NCBI GenBank assembly: GCA_046597055.1
Contig: JBKJLC010000017.1
Location: 1 to 42,821 of the forward strand
Source of the DNA: Kofleriaceae bacterium
GTDB taxonomy: Bacteria; Myxococcota_A; Polyangia; Haliangiales; Haliangiaceae
Reading direction: 5' to 3'
Length of the DNA: 42,821 bases
Part shown: positions 10,496 through 19,939 of the stretch, in pieces
How the letters are laid out: each line of letters begins with the position of its first letter
How positions within the stretch are numbered: position 1 is the stretch's first letter
Made by a program: the position numbers and the translations under genes
The notes under the pieces: generated by a model
What the model was told of the DNA's origin: nothing
Database searches by the model: none
The model's input: the letters and a program-made list of their open reading frames with translations, nothing else

Positions 10496-12442
10496 TCATC
10501 GGACGGGTGGTTCGATGACGGGCTTTGGCCGGACCTTGCCAGCCTCCTCCTCGGCGAGCTCGACCCCGCGGATGAACGCCGAGCAGACGTGCTGCACGAA
10601 GTCGATGCGCACCATCCGATCGACCGGGCTGGTCGTCACCGCGCCGATGCCCTTGGCCCCGGTGACCACCGCGTACGCGTTGGCGGGACGGATCTGCTGG
10701 CGCAGCAGGTAGCCGAGGGTCTCGAGGATCTCGCGGCGCAGGACCGGGCTGGCGTCGCCGTGATAGCGACCGAGGAGGTACGTGGAGATCCGCGCCTCCG
10801 AGTGCGAGCCGGCCGGCGTGTTGTGCGGCATCACGAACGGGGTCACGCCGTGCGAGCCGACCAGATCGAGCTGATCAGGATGGTCGCCGGGGTGCGGCTG
10901 CATCGCGCCCCAGAACCGGGCCAGGCCGTTGCAGAACCCGAGGTACTCGGGCTTCTTGACCCGCGGCCACAACGCCTCGGACGCGATGCAGGTCCAGTGC
11001 TCCTCGCCGTAGAGGAAGCCGCCCACGAAGAAGTCGTACCAGCCAACCAGCCAGTCGAGCCCGCGCTCGGCGGCGGTCGCGTAGCGCTCGTCGCCGGTCA
11101 CCACGTACATGCGGGCGAGCGCCAGCGCGGCCTCGCCCGAGAAGTAGAGCAACATCGTCTTGTCGTCGGCGATCTTGGTCGGGACCTTGTAGAGATGGCG
11201 GAAGCTGCCGTCGGGGCGCTGCATCCACAGCATCCAGGCCGACAGCTTGGTCGCCAGCGGCAGGTAGCGGGTGTCGCCGGTCGCACGCTGGTACTCGGCG
11301 AGCGCGACCACGCCGAGCGCGGTCGAGCCCAGGTTGGCGGTCTGCTCGCCGCGATCGACCACGCACGCGAACGGGGTCCCGTCGGGCAAGGTCCCGGTGC
11401 AGCCGCCGGCCTCGACCAGCTCGTTCAGGTGCGCGAACGCGCGCTCGATCGGCTCGCGCAGCCACGGCTCCTTGGTGATCCGGTAGACCTCGGCGAGGAA
11501 GTAGGTGGTGCCGGCGTGGCGCGGCAGGCTGTACGGGCCCGGCCGCAGCGGATCGGAGGCCTGGCCGTTGGTCAGGTTGGTCTCGTAGACGTAGCGACCG
11601 TTGCGGCCGAGGTGATCGACCAGGTAGCGCGCGCCGGTCAGCGCGGCGGCGCGCAGGTTGTCGGCCGTCGGAGCCGGTCCGGCCGGCATGCCGCGCACCA
11701 GCGGCAGGATGCCCTCGTCGTCGGAGGTCACGAACGCCTCGGTGCGGAACCGAAAGTAGCGCTTGCGGGCTGCCTTCCAGACCGGCGCGGTCATCGCGGC
11801 GCGGGCCGCCAGCATGGTGTCGGTCGGGGCGACCTCGAGGCCCATGCCGACCTCGGGCATGAGCGTCGTGAGCGGCTTCTTGGCGAGCAGCCCGTTCAGG
11901 AACATCTCGTCGGGCATGAGCAGGTGGTGGGCGGGGCCGGACGCGGTGTCGACGGTGGCGCCGACGCCGTCGAGCCCCGGGTGCAGCGCGACCAGCTGCA
12001 GGATCGGGTGGTCGAGCTCGATCGGCCCGCGGCCGACCACGAGGTCGACCTTGAGCCGGACCTGGGCGCGCGCCTCGGCGCCGAGCGCCTTGACCGCCGG
12101 GTCGCGATCCATCAGCTGGGTCACGACCAGGACCGCCGCGCGGATCGTCTGGCCGTAGCCGTCGAGGCGCGCGACCTGGCGGCCATCGAGGAACAGCGAG
12201 ACCACCACCGGACCGTCGGCGGGCAGCCGCCGGCCCAGCTCGGGGTGGTCGACCGGCTGCCGGCTGGCCACGCCGCCGATGAGCGCCGACTGCAGGTTGG
12301 TGATGACCGCCTGGCGCGCGCCGGCCGACAGCGGCGGCGGGACGTCGATGCGCCAGGTCTGGTAGACCCAGGTCACCAGCGCGAGGAAGCACAGGCCGGG
12401 CAGCGTCCACACCGCCAGCAGCGCCAGCGCCCGCCGGCTCAC
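10496..12442 (-). CDS. Membrane-anchored protein with AMMECR1-like N-terminal region and (alpha/alpha)-barrel-like C-terminal domain, 648 aa
   Basis: GTG 12442 overlaps the upstream stop (GTGA). N-terminal TM; PGLDGVG…LMP; YSLPRHAGT, WMLWMQRPDGSF, YFSGEAALAL, RIDFVQH. The gene is well supported; the fold assignment is by eye. Confidence 0.7.
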   Translation of the reverse strand: MSRRALALLAVWTLPGLCFLALVTWVYQTWRIDVPPPLSAGARQAVITNLQSALIGGVASRQPVDHPELGRRLPADGPVVVSLFLDGRQVARLDGYGQTIRAAVLVVTQLMDRDPAVKALGAEARAQVRLKVDLVVGRGPIELDHPILQLVALHPGLDGVGATVDTASGPAHHLLMPDEMFLNGLLAKKPLTTLMPEVGMGLEVAPTDTMLAARAAMTAPVWKAARKRYFRFRTEAFVTSDDEGILPLVRGMPAGPAPTADNLRAAALTGARYLVDHLGRNGRYVYETNLTNGQASDPLRPGPYSLPRHAGTTYFLAEVYRITKEPWLREPIERAFAHLNELVEAGGCTGTLPDGTPFACVVDRGEQTANLGSTALGVVALAEYQRATGDTRYLPLATKLSAWMLWMQRPDGSFRHLYKVPTKIADDKTMLLYFSGEAALALARMYVVTGDERYATAAERGLDWLVGWYDFFVGGFLYGEEHWTCIASEALWPRVKKPEYLGFCNGLARFWGAMQPHPGDHPDQLDLVGSHGVTPFVMPHNTPAGSHSEARISTYLLGRYHGDASPVLRREILETLGYLLRQQIRPANAYAVVTGAKGIGAVTTSPVDRMVRIDFVQHVCSAFIRGVELAEEEAGKVRPKPVIEPPVR

Positions 12443-13017
12443 GCCGCGCTCGCCCGGGTCGGGCCCGGCCACAGCGGCGCCAGGCCGAACGAACGCCGGC
12501 CGGCGCGGGTCATCGACCACTTGAGCTGCAGGATCGGCAAGGTCGCCGCGAACTGCACGATGAACGCGGTCGACAGCACGGTCGACGTGGCGGCCGCCTT
12601 GCCGAACGCGCCGTACACCCCCGACAGGTACGCGGCGGTCGTGAGCAGCACGACGATCATGCCGACCGTCCACAGCAGCATCGCGACCCCGCCGGCGATC
12701 GTCACCCACCAGCCGGCGCGGCGGCCGACCAGGGTCCCGATCATCATCACGATCGCGGCGGCCGGCAGGATGTAGAGCACGCCGCGGGCCCAGCCGAACC
12801 GGTTCTGCACCAGGGTGGCGAACGCGTAGACGTAGCCGATCGCCGACAGCAGATCGAAGCCGGCGTAGAGGAAGCGGCGCGGGTCGTCGCGCCAGCCGGG
12901 CCGCCCGCCGGGCTCGAGCTGGTCGGCGCGCGCGAGCGCGGCGCGCCCCGGTGGCGACGCTGCCGGGCGGGGTTTCGCGGTGGGAGACTTCGCCGCGCGG
13001 GATCCCTTCTTGGCCAT
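12439..13017 (-). CDS. Hypothetical integral membrane protein (about 4 TM)
   Basis: Four hydrophobic segments; translationally coupled to the downstream gene. Confidence 0.82.
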   Translation of the reverse strand: MAKKGSRAAKSPTAKPRPAASPPGRAALARADQLEPGGRPGWRDDPRRFLYAGFDLLSAIGYVYAFATLVQNRFGWARGVLYILPAAAIVMMIGTLVGRRAGWWVTIAGGVAMLLWTVGMIVVLLTTAAYLSGVYGAFGKAAATSTVLSTAFIVQFAATLPILQLKWSMTRAGRRSFGLAPLWPGPTRASAA

Positions 13018-13062
13018 CGGGCAGGACCATACCGGATCGCGCCGGCGGATCGGCGCGGCGGG

Positions 13063-15114
13063 CTACGGCACGGTCAGCGCGTAGCCGCCGGTGGCGCCGC
13101 GATAGCCGAGCACCTCGACCGTGCCGCCGGCGGGGACCGCGACTTGCTCGCGGTCGCTGGAGCCGGCCGAGGTCCCGACCTGGACGCCGGCGCGGTCGTA
13201 GGCGGCGAGGTCGAGATCGCCGTCCGCGTGGCGGAAGTCGATGCGGACCGTGCCCGCGGTCGAGATCCGGAACCAGTCGCGGTCGCCGGCGCACACCCGC
13301 AGCTCGCCGTGGCTGCCGGCGGCCAGCGTCACCGCGGCGGTGCGGCTGTCGTTGGGCTCGTGGCGGTCGGTGCACGGCGGCTCGGACCCGTCGAGCCCGC
13401 AGTACGCGCTCGCCTCGGTCGGCGCGATCTCGTCGCTCGCCACCGCGCGCTGGGCGCACGCCTCGTCCTCGGTCCACGGCTGCCACGCTGCGGCCTGCCC
13501 CATCGCCTGCGCCCGCGCCGCCCACTGGGCGTAGCCGTCCGGGTGGCTCATGAACACGCTCGGCGGCGCGCAGGTCCCGGCCGCCGCGGCGGCGGCCAGC
13601 TCGGCGCGCGCCTCGGCCATCACGACCTCGTACATCGCCGCGGTGGTCGAGTTCCAGCAGCAGGTCCTGGACCTCGGGTAGGTCAGCTCGGCCAGCACGT
13701 AGTCCTCGAGCACGCGATGCCGGCGATCGACCTCGGCCGGGCTGGTGCCCGCGGTCCGCGCCTCGAGATCGTAGAGCTCCTCGAACGCGTGTTCGCGCCG
13801 CTCGCGCGCCGAGCACGACGCCGGGTAGTTGCGCAGGTGGCGGCGGGCGTCCTCGATCTGCGCGAGCAGCTCGAGCTTCTGCTGCGCCGGCGCGACCTGG
13901 CCGAGCAGCTGACCGAACCGAGCCGGCCGGGCCCCGATCCGGGCGAGGTCGGTCGAGTTGATCCAGTGGGCCTCGTCGCCGCGCATCCAGGTGTTGGTCC
14001 AGTAGCCGCCGACGTTCTTGGTCACCCGCCACCGCTTGAGACCGCCGCCGAGGCGGGCGTAGGCATCGCCGGCGTCGTTGCGCCCGACCCCGCCGGTGTA
14101 GTCGCTGGTGAAGTAGCTCTTCGACGCGACGCCGCTCTCGCGCTTGCCCTGCCGGCGCGGCATCGAGCCCGAGATCATGACGACGTCGAGGTTGCCCTCG
14201 CCGATCGGCACGACCTCCTTCACCACCAGGGTGTGGCCGATGCCGTTGCGCTGCCAGCGCTCGACCAGGGTGTCGCCGGGGCGGACCGCCTCGGGCACGA
14301 GGTTGTAGGTGTTGGCGCTGTCGGCGAGGTTCATCGAGCCGAGGTAGTTGAGCGCCATCACCGTGAAGTAGGCGGCGCGCTTGTTGAGGTGGATCTCGTC
14401 GAGGTAGGCGCCGAACGGTGCTCCGGCCAGCGCCGGCTGGCGGTCGTCACCGCCGGCGACGCGCTTGCCGCGCAGGGCCGCATCGGACGGCCACCGGGCC
14501 TGCCACTCGGCGGGCGGCAGCCGCGACTGGTCGGGGTACTTGATCGCGAACTCGGGCGACGCGGCATAGCGACCGGCCGCGGTGCGAACACCGTTGTGGC
14601 CGAAGAAGACCCGCTTGCCGGTGCTGTCGACCGACTCCATGAAGAACGGCAGGTCGTGCCAGGCCGCGAACGCGATGCGCAGGAAGATCGACATCTCCGC
14701 GCACTCGAGCGAGGGCGACGCCAGGGTCTTGCCCCACGGCGTGGTCAGGATGATCGTCTGCGAGTAGCCGTCGGCCGATGGCGTCCACGCCAGCGCCGCG
14801 AGCCACGCGGCGTACTTCTGGTCCCAGGTCAGGCCCGAGCTCGCGGCCCAGGCCAGGCCGGCGGCGCGCGCGGCCGGGGTCTCGGTGTCCTCCCAGGCGT
14901 TGCGCGCGGTCCAGACCTGGGTCCGGCTGGTGTCGGTCGCGACCAGGAGGCCCTTGCGGTGCTCGCTGTCGTCCTTGCCCGGCGCCGGCACCGGCTCGAG
15001 CGGCCCGTCCATGCCCCACTCGGCGTCGACGTCGCGCGCGAGGTCATCGTCCGGGTCGGTGCAGGCGGCGCCCAGTGACAACGCCAACATGACAATGATT
15101 CCGCGCTTCCCCAT
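13063..15114 (-). CDS. Lipoprotein with putative papain/NlpC-like Cys-His domain and C-terminal PPC domain, 683 aa
   Basis: Signal with lipobox (MGKRGIIVMLALSLGAAC); GKDD motif; LECAE and RPGD…GIGHTLVV; DRHEPND…DRDWF…GDLDL (PPC-like). Confidence 0.8.
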   Translation of the reverse strand: MGKRGIIVMLALSLGAACTDPDDDLARDVDAEWGMDGPLEPVPAPGKDDSEHRKGLLVATDTSRTQVWTARNAWEDTETPAARAAGLAWAASSGLTWDQKYAAWLAALAWTPSADGYSQTIILTTPWGKTLASPSLECAEMSIFLRIAFAAWHDLPFFMESVDSTGKRVFFGHNGVRTAAGRYAASPEFAIKYPDQSRLPPAEWQARWPSDAALRGKRVAGGDDRQPALAGAPFGAYLDEIHLNKRAAYFTVMALNYLGSMNLADSANTYNLVPEAVRPGDTLVERWQRNGIGHTLVVKEVVPIGEGNLDVVMISGSMPRRQGKRESGVASKSYFTSDYTGGVGRNDAGDAYARLGGGLKRWRVTKNVGGYWTNTWMRGDEAHWINSTDLARIGARPARFGQLLGQVAPAQQKLELLAQIEDARRHLRNYPASCSARERREHAFEELYDLEARTAGTSPAEVDRRHRVLEDYVLAELTYPRSRTCCWNSTTAAMYEVVMAEARAELAAAAAAGTCAPPSVFMSHPDGYAQWAARAQAMGQAAAWQPWTEDEACAQRAVASDEIAPTEASAYCGLDGSEPPCTDRHEPNDSRTAAVTLAAGSHGELRVCAGDRDWFRISTAGTVRIDFRHADGDLDLAAYDRAGVQVGTSAGSSDREQVAVPAGGTVEVLGYRGATGGYALTVP

Positions 15115-15126
15115 GGTCGGACCATT

Positions 15127-15143
15127 CAGCACGAAGCATGCCG
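15127..15143 (-). promoter_or_regulatory. Putative sigma54 promoter
   Basis: CGGCATGCTTCGTGCTG (GG-N10-GC); 15 nt from ATG 15114. Confidence 0.5.
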
Positions 15144-15280
15144 CCCCACGTTCCCCTGCTTTCGCCCACATGCGGCCCGCCACGTCCGGCGTCGGGACGC
15201 CCTGGCTACTCCGGTGGTCGGTCGCGCAGTCCCCAGATCTGCCGTTCGGGGCCGGCGATCGCTCTGCTATCGTTGGAGCC

Positions 15281-15619
15281 ATGGACGAGGCGCCCCGCTC
15301 CCTGCACCGCGAGGCGCTGCCGCCCCGGTCGCGCAACGGGATCTATGGACCGATCGCCGCGATGGCGACGGTCATGATGATGAGCATCGCGAGCCTGGCG
15401 ATCGTGGTGGCGCCCCAGGCGCGCCGCGAGCGCGCCCGCGAGCACCGGATCGAGGCGGTGCGGGTCGTCGGCCCGCGTCGGGCCGCGCCGGTGGTGGCGC
15501 CGCGCAGCGACGCACTGTGCCGCGGTCCGGTCTATCGCGCCGGCCCCGACGGCACCGCCGAGATGGTCTACGAAGTCTGCGCCGGCGCGCCGCTGCCGCG
15601 CGTCATCCTCCGCGACTGA
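15281..15619 (+). CDS. Small hypothetical membrane-anchored protein with two C-terminal Cys, 112 aa
   Basis: Fills the gap between minus-strand genes; one TM (IAAMATVMMMSIASLAIVVA); TATCGT 7 nt before ATG. Confidence 0.65.
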   Translation: MDEAPRSLHREALPPRSRNGIYGPIAAMATVMMMSIASLAIVVAPQARRERAREHRIEAVRVVGPRRAAPVVAPRSDALCRGPVYRAGPDGTAEMVYEVCAGAPLPRVILRD

Positions 15620-15649
15620 GCCGGCCGAGCAGCGCGGCTCGGGCCCGGC
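15620..15649. terminator. GC hairpin between convergent genes
   Basis: GCCGG-CCGAGC/GCTCGG-gc-CCGGC; no U-tract. Confidence 0.3.
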
Positions 15650-15658
15650 CCGCGCCGG

Positions 15659-17596
15659 TCAGCACGGCGGCCGGGGCGTGGTGTCCGCCGGGGCCGCGCT
15701 CGGCAAGATCTGACGCAGGTACTCGTACTCGTCGGCGCAGAAGCGGGCCGGGCCCTGCCCGCCCAGGATCGCGCGCTCGACGAACGGCCGATCGCCGCCG
15801 CCGTCCATCAGCCGGTTGGGTTCGTCGCCGATGTTGTGGAAGCCATCGCCGAACGGGTTGGCCAGGCCGAGGCTGTGGCCGATCTCGTGGGCGAGCGTGC
15901 CGCCGATCAGCGAGCCGATCGACCACACCGCGCACGCGATGCGTCCGGGCCGATCGTCGGCTGGACACGCGTCGCCGCTGATCGCCGGCAGGCCGCGCGC
16001 GAGATCGGCGCCGATCACGATGTCGCCGCGATCGGGCCGGAACGGATCGAACAGCTGATCGAACAGGGCATCCGCGCCCGGCAGCGAGTCGCCCCGGCTC
16101 GGGTGCAGCGAGAAGCCCATCAGCGACTCGATGAAGACCCCGCCGTAGCCGGGGTAGCCGTCCTGCTGGGTCATCGCGTTGACGCCGCCGAGGCGGTCGT
16201 AGAGCCGGAGGTTGCCGGTGTCCTTGCCGGGCGAGTTGTCGTAGCCGAACAGCCCCATGCCGTTGAGGTCGGGGCCGTGGATCTCGACCTGGGAGAACAG
16301 CGCGAAGTCGGTCGGCCGCTCGGTGCGGAACTCGATGTTCACCGCCGGATAGGCGCCGCGCACGACCTCGAGGACCCGGGCCCGGACCTGCTGATCGACC
16401 GCGCGCAGGCCGAACACCCGCAGGCTCTCGACGTACGACGGCCGGAAGTCGAGATACACGATCTGCTTGATCGGCGCGATCCCGAGCGTGACCGTGGTGG
16501 CCGGCCCGGTGACGGTATCGCCCTGGTAGGTGACGATCGGGCGGATCGTGCCGCGGAAGGTGCCGGTCACCGCGCGCAGATCGACCTGCTGGCCGAGCGC
16601 GTCGTTGGTGTTGACGACGTAGCGGACCCGATCGCCGCTCTCGAACTCGGGGATGAGCTCGAGATCGACCGCGGCGCCCTGGGGCGCGCCGGTCGGCGTG
16701 AAGGTGCCGACCAGCCGGATCTCGGTCGACGCCCCGGCCTCGCCGCCGACGAACCCGCCACCCTCGACCACGACGTACTGGCCGAGGCTGGCCGCCGGCG
16801 GCGTCAGCTGAAAGATCTGGGCGCTGACCAGGTCGTACTCGGCGGCGCGGGCCGCGGTCGCCAAGGTCGACCCGCCGGCGTGGCGGTTCTCGATCACGAC
16901 CTGGCCGCGGAAGTGGCCCTCGCGGATGCCGGCGATCGCCGGGACGAAGCGGAAGCGGGCCTCCTCGCGCGAGAACGGCGCGGCCGGGGTCAGGACCACG
17001 GTCTCGGCGCCGACCGGGGCGCAGGTCGGTCCGGTGGCCGGCTGGAAGCAGCCGGTGACCACCGCGACCGACTGGCCCTCGGCGCCGCCCAGCAGGAAGC
17101 CACGGCCGTTGACGACCACCTCGTCGTTGACGAACAGGAGGCCCCCGGTCTGCAGCGACCCGAGTTCGGGCTGGAGCTCGGCGGCGACGTCGAGCGTCAC
17201 CGCCAGCGGCGCCGACCGGTAGGTCTCGCCGTCGACCGTCGACACCACCTCGAGCACCGCCTCGCCGCGGAACTCGACCTCGCCTGCGCCCGCGCCGAAC
17301 CCGGCGATCGTGCCGGCGTCGACCGCCGCGGTCATGTGGTCGTAGTCGACGAACTCGGCCACCACCGCGACGTCGACCGCGCGTCCGGCGGCGGTGCCGG
17401 TCAGGCGGACCGTGCTCGCGCCCCAGGGCGCGTCGACGAACGAGTCGCCGCCGAGGGCGAGGCTGGTGCCGGTGACGACCACCCCGGGATCGAGCGAGGT
17501 CAGCGCCAGGCCTTCGAGCCCGACGTCGGCCGGGTTCGACGACGCGCACGCGGCCATCATCAGCGCGCCCAGCGCGAGCGTGGGGCGTCCGGTCAC
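15659..17596 (-). CDS. Lipoprotein with Ig/TIG-like beta region and C-terminal zincin metallopeptidase-like domain
   Basis: Lipobox LMMAAC; beta-rich N-terminal two thirds; HEIGHSLGL (15875-15889 = HEIGH) then RLMD (Met-turn-like); GTGA coupling to the upstream gene. Confidence 0.8.
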   Translation of the reverse strand: MTGRPTLALGALMMAACASSNPADVGLEGLALTSLDPGVVVTGTSLALGGDSFVDAPWGASTVRLTGTAAGRAVDVAVVAEFVDYDHMTAAVDAGTIAGFGAGAGEVEFRGEAVLEVVSTVDGETYRSAPLAVTLDVAAELQPELGSLQTGGLLFVNDEVVVNGRGFLLGGAEGQSVAVVTGCFQPATGPTCAPVGAETVVLTPAAPFSREEARFRFVPAIAGIREGHFRGQVVIENRHAGGSTLATAARAAEYDLVSAQIFQLTPPAASLGQYVVVEGGGFVGGEAGASTEIRLVGTFTPTGAPQGAAVDLELIPEFESGDRVRYVVNTNDALGQQVDLRAVTGTFRGTIRPIVTYQGDTVTGPATTVTLGIAPIKQIVYLDFRPSYVESLRVFGLRAVDQQVRARVLEVVRGAYPAVNIEFRTERPTDFALFSQVEIHGPDLNGMGLFGYDNSPGKDTGNLRLYDRLGGVNAMTQQDGYPGYGGVFIESLMGFSLHPSRGDSLPGADALFDQLFDPFRPDRGDIVIGADLARGLPAISGDACPADDRPGRIACAVWSIGSLIGGTLAHEIGHSLGLANPFGDGFHNIGDEPNRLMDGGGDRPFVERAILGGQGPARFCADEYEYLRQILPSAAPADTTPRPPC

Positions 17597-19704
17597 GGGA
17601 CCTCGATCCGGATGTCATACCGGTTGGCCGAGCCATCCCAGCCGCGCACGACCACGTAGTACGTGCACAGCATCGTGCAGGCCGCCGGTGCGGTGAACCT
17701 GAAGCGCTCGTTGGAGTCGCCGCTCTGGCCGTTGCCGAGCTGGCAGCTGGCCAACATGCCCGGCGCGCACGGCGTGAGGTCGACGCCGGCGCTGTCGTAG
17801 AGGTGGATGTCGAGATCCTGGGCCGCGCTGGCCTGCGCGAAGGTCAGGTCGACCACCAGCGGCTCGCCGGCGTACATGAACACCCGGTACCAGTCGTCGT
17901 CGCCCGCGCAGATCTGGTTGCCGGTCGACACGAAGGTCGGCTCGGGCGGGTACGTGATGCCCCGGGCCTGGGTCGCGCTGTCGTCCGGCTCACGCGCGTC
18001 GTCGAGGCACGCCATCGCGCACGAGCCGGCGGTCCGGGTGTAGGTCAGGCGGTAGTCGTTGTCGACGCCGGTGCCCCACGCATAGACCCGCACGTAGTAG
18101 GTGCCGGGGGTCAGACACTGCCCGACGGTCTCCATCGAGGTGGTGCCGGTGGCCGACTGCAGCCGGATGCCGGTCGCGTCGTACAGGCCGAGCTCGAGGT
18201 CGGAGGCGGCCCCGCCGACCAGCGCGAAGCTGGCGGTGGCATCGGCGGTGATCACGACGCGGTACCAATCCTCGTCGTCGTTGGACGCGTCGAGCAGCGG
18301 GCACGAGGTCGCGTCGAGCGGGCCCGGGTTGATCGGCGGACGGGCCAGCGCCTGGGTGCGGCTGTCGTTGTCCTCGTACAGGTCGTCCTGGCAGGCCGGG
18401 GCCGCGGCGCACGAGCCCGAGTTCGGCGTGCACTGGCGCGCCATGGCGCCGTTGACCGAGACCACCGCGGACGGCGAGCAGGTGTAGTTGGCCGGGCAGT
18501 CGGCCGCGGCCGCGCACGAGCGCAGGCAGCTGAGGGTCTGGCCAACCATCACGCAGTTGTCGTCGGCGTCGCCGCACTGGACGTCGGCCGAGCAGCTCGC
18601 GCACACGCCGAGGTTGCCGGCGCCGCCCGGGTTGGTGACCGTCATCTGGTAGGCGCCGGTGAGGGGCGCGATGGTCTCGTGGTCGCACGAGCCGGCGGGG
18701 TCGTCGTCGTCGCCGGCGATGATCACGTAGTAGAGCCGGGCGGTGGAGCCCTGCGGCATCGCGGCGACCGGATTGGGCACGTCGGCGGCCCAGGTGCCGG
18801 TGCGCATGTTGCCGTCGATCAGGAGCATGTTCGCGTGCTGCATCGCGCCGAGATCGATCGGCGTCGCCGGCGGCGTGGTGGCGTAGTAGAGGATCGGCGG
18901 CGAGGCCAGGCCGCGGTCGTCGCTGATGGCAGCGTCGATGGTCAGGTCGACGACCTGCGACGCGTTCATCGCGGTGTGCGTGATCACCGGCGCGTCGCCC
19001 GGGCAGTTCGCCACCGGCGGCTTGCGCAGCACCACCAGGTAGTTCTTGCGGACCGGGAGGTTGTCGCCGTCGTCGGCTGACAGGGTCAGCCGGTACCGGC
19101 TCTCGGCGTCGATCTGGGCGCGGGTCGGACACCAGCGCCAGGTGCCGCCGAGGCCGCTGGTCTGCTCGAGGACCGCGCCGTCGATCACCGGGTCGTCCTG
19201 CTCGAGGTGGACGTTGACCGTGTCCTGGTCCTCGATGACGATCTCGAGGTCGAGGCACGGGCGCTGCCCGAGATCGAGCGTGGTGCCGGGGCCGAGCGGC
19301 TGCCGGAACACCGGGGTGGTCGAGTCGCCGACCGCCGACCGGACCTCGATCGTGACCGGAAGGGTCGCGGTGCCGTCGCCGTCGGAGACCGTGAAGTCGA
19401 AGTGCCAGACGCCGACATCGGCGGCCAGCGGGCGCCAGCGGAACATGGCGGTCGAGGCCGGGGTCGGGTTGATCGACGCGCGGTCGCCGAGGTCAGGCAC
19501 ATCGGCGGTGTACGCGTAGTCGAGATCGTCGCCGTCGGGATCGTTGCCGCGGATCTCGATGACGACCTCGTCGCCGACCGCGACCAGCTGGTCCGACACA
19601 TCCTCGACCGTGGGTGGGGCGCCGCCCCCGCAGGCTACAACAGTAGCCACCAGCAGAGACAAACAGGTCGGGATCCAGGCGCTACGACAACCGCCGAGAA
19701 GCAT
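17593..19704 (-). CDS. Lipoprotein with cadherin/Ig-like, Cys-rich and two PPC-like domains, 703 aa
   Basis: SD GGAGG before ATG 19704; lipobox VVAC; DPDGDDL and FTVSDG; CxxC…C repeats; two (E/P)xxD…DxDWY…DL(E/D)(L/I)xLYD modules. Confidence 0.83.
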   Translation of the reverse strand: MLLGGCRSAWIPTCLSLLVATVVACGGGAPPTVEDVSDQLVAVGDEVVIEIRGNDPDGDDLDYAYTADVPDLGDRASINPTPASTAMFRWRPLAADVGVWHFDFTVSDGDGTATLPVTIEVRSAVGDSTTPVFRQPLGPGTTLDLGQRPCLDLEIVIEDQDTVNVHLEQDDPVIDGAVLEQTSGLGGTWRWCPTRAQIDAESRYRLTLSADDGDNLPVRKNYLVVLRKPPVANCPGDAPVITHTAMNASQVVDLTIDAAISDDRGLASPPILYYATTPPATPIDLGAMQHANMLLIDGNMRTGTWAADVPNPVAAMPQGSTARLYYVIIAGDDDDPAGSCDHETIAPLTGAYQMTVTNPGGAGNLGVCASCSADVQCGDADDNCVMVGQTLSCLRSCAAAADCPANYTCSPSAVVSVNGAMARQCTPNSGSCAAAPACQDDLYEDNDSRTQALARPPINPGPLDATSCPLLDASNDDEDWYRVVITADATASFALVGGAASDLELGLYDATGIRLQSATGTTSMETVGQCLTPGTYYVRVYAWGTGVDNDYRLTYTRTAGSCAMACLDDAREPDDSATQARGITYPPEPTFVSTGNQICAGDDDWYRVFMYAGEPLVVDLTFAQASAAQDLDIHLYDSAGVDLTPCAPGMLASCQLGNGQSGDSNERFRFTAPAACTMLCTYYVVVRGWDGSANRYDIRIEVP

Positions 19705-19754
19705 GCGATTTCCTCCAGTTGGGGAGGGTAACCCGTCCCCGCACGGACCCGTCC

Positions 19755-19771
19755 ACGCAACGTTCGGGCCA
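19755..19771 (-). promoter_or_regulatory. Sigma54 promoter of the two-lipoprotein operon
   Basis: TGGCCCGAACGTTGCGT, near-consensus TGGC-N7-TTGC. Confidence 0.7.
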
Positions 19772-19939
19772 TTCACTGGGCGTGCGCCGGAGCACGACCT
19801 ACCCACGGTGACACCTCGGGTGATGTGGTCACAGGGGCTGTGATTCGTTCGAATCCCACCCCCCCTTTCGATCGGTCGGCCGCGGCCCGGAGGCCGCGCC
19901 CGATCTGTACGGAACCAGCGCCGCTCCGCTTCGCGCGGG

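Noticed and set aside
12443..14032. N-terminal 530 aa of the 1178-aa ORF
   Set aside because: Overlaps two better-supported genes in other frames. The real start is GTG 12442, coupled to the upstream stop.
19847..19866. GTTCGAATCCCACCCCCC, resembling a tRNA T-arm or attachment site
   Set aside because: No complementary 5' T-stem strand, D-arm, anticodon arm or acceptor stem, and no integrase nearby. Better explained as part of a palindrome.
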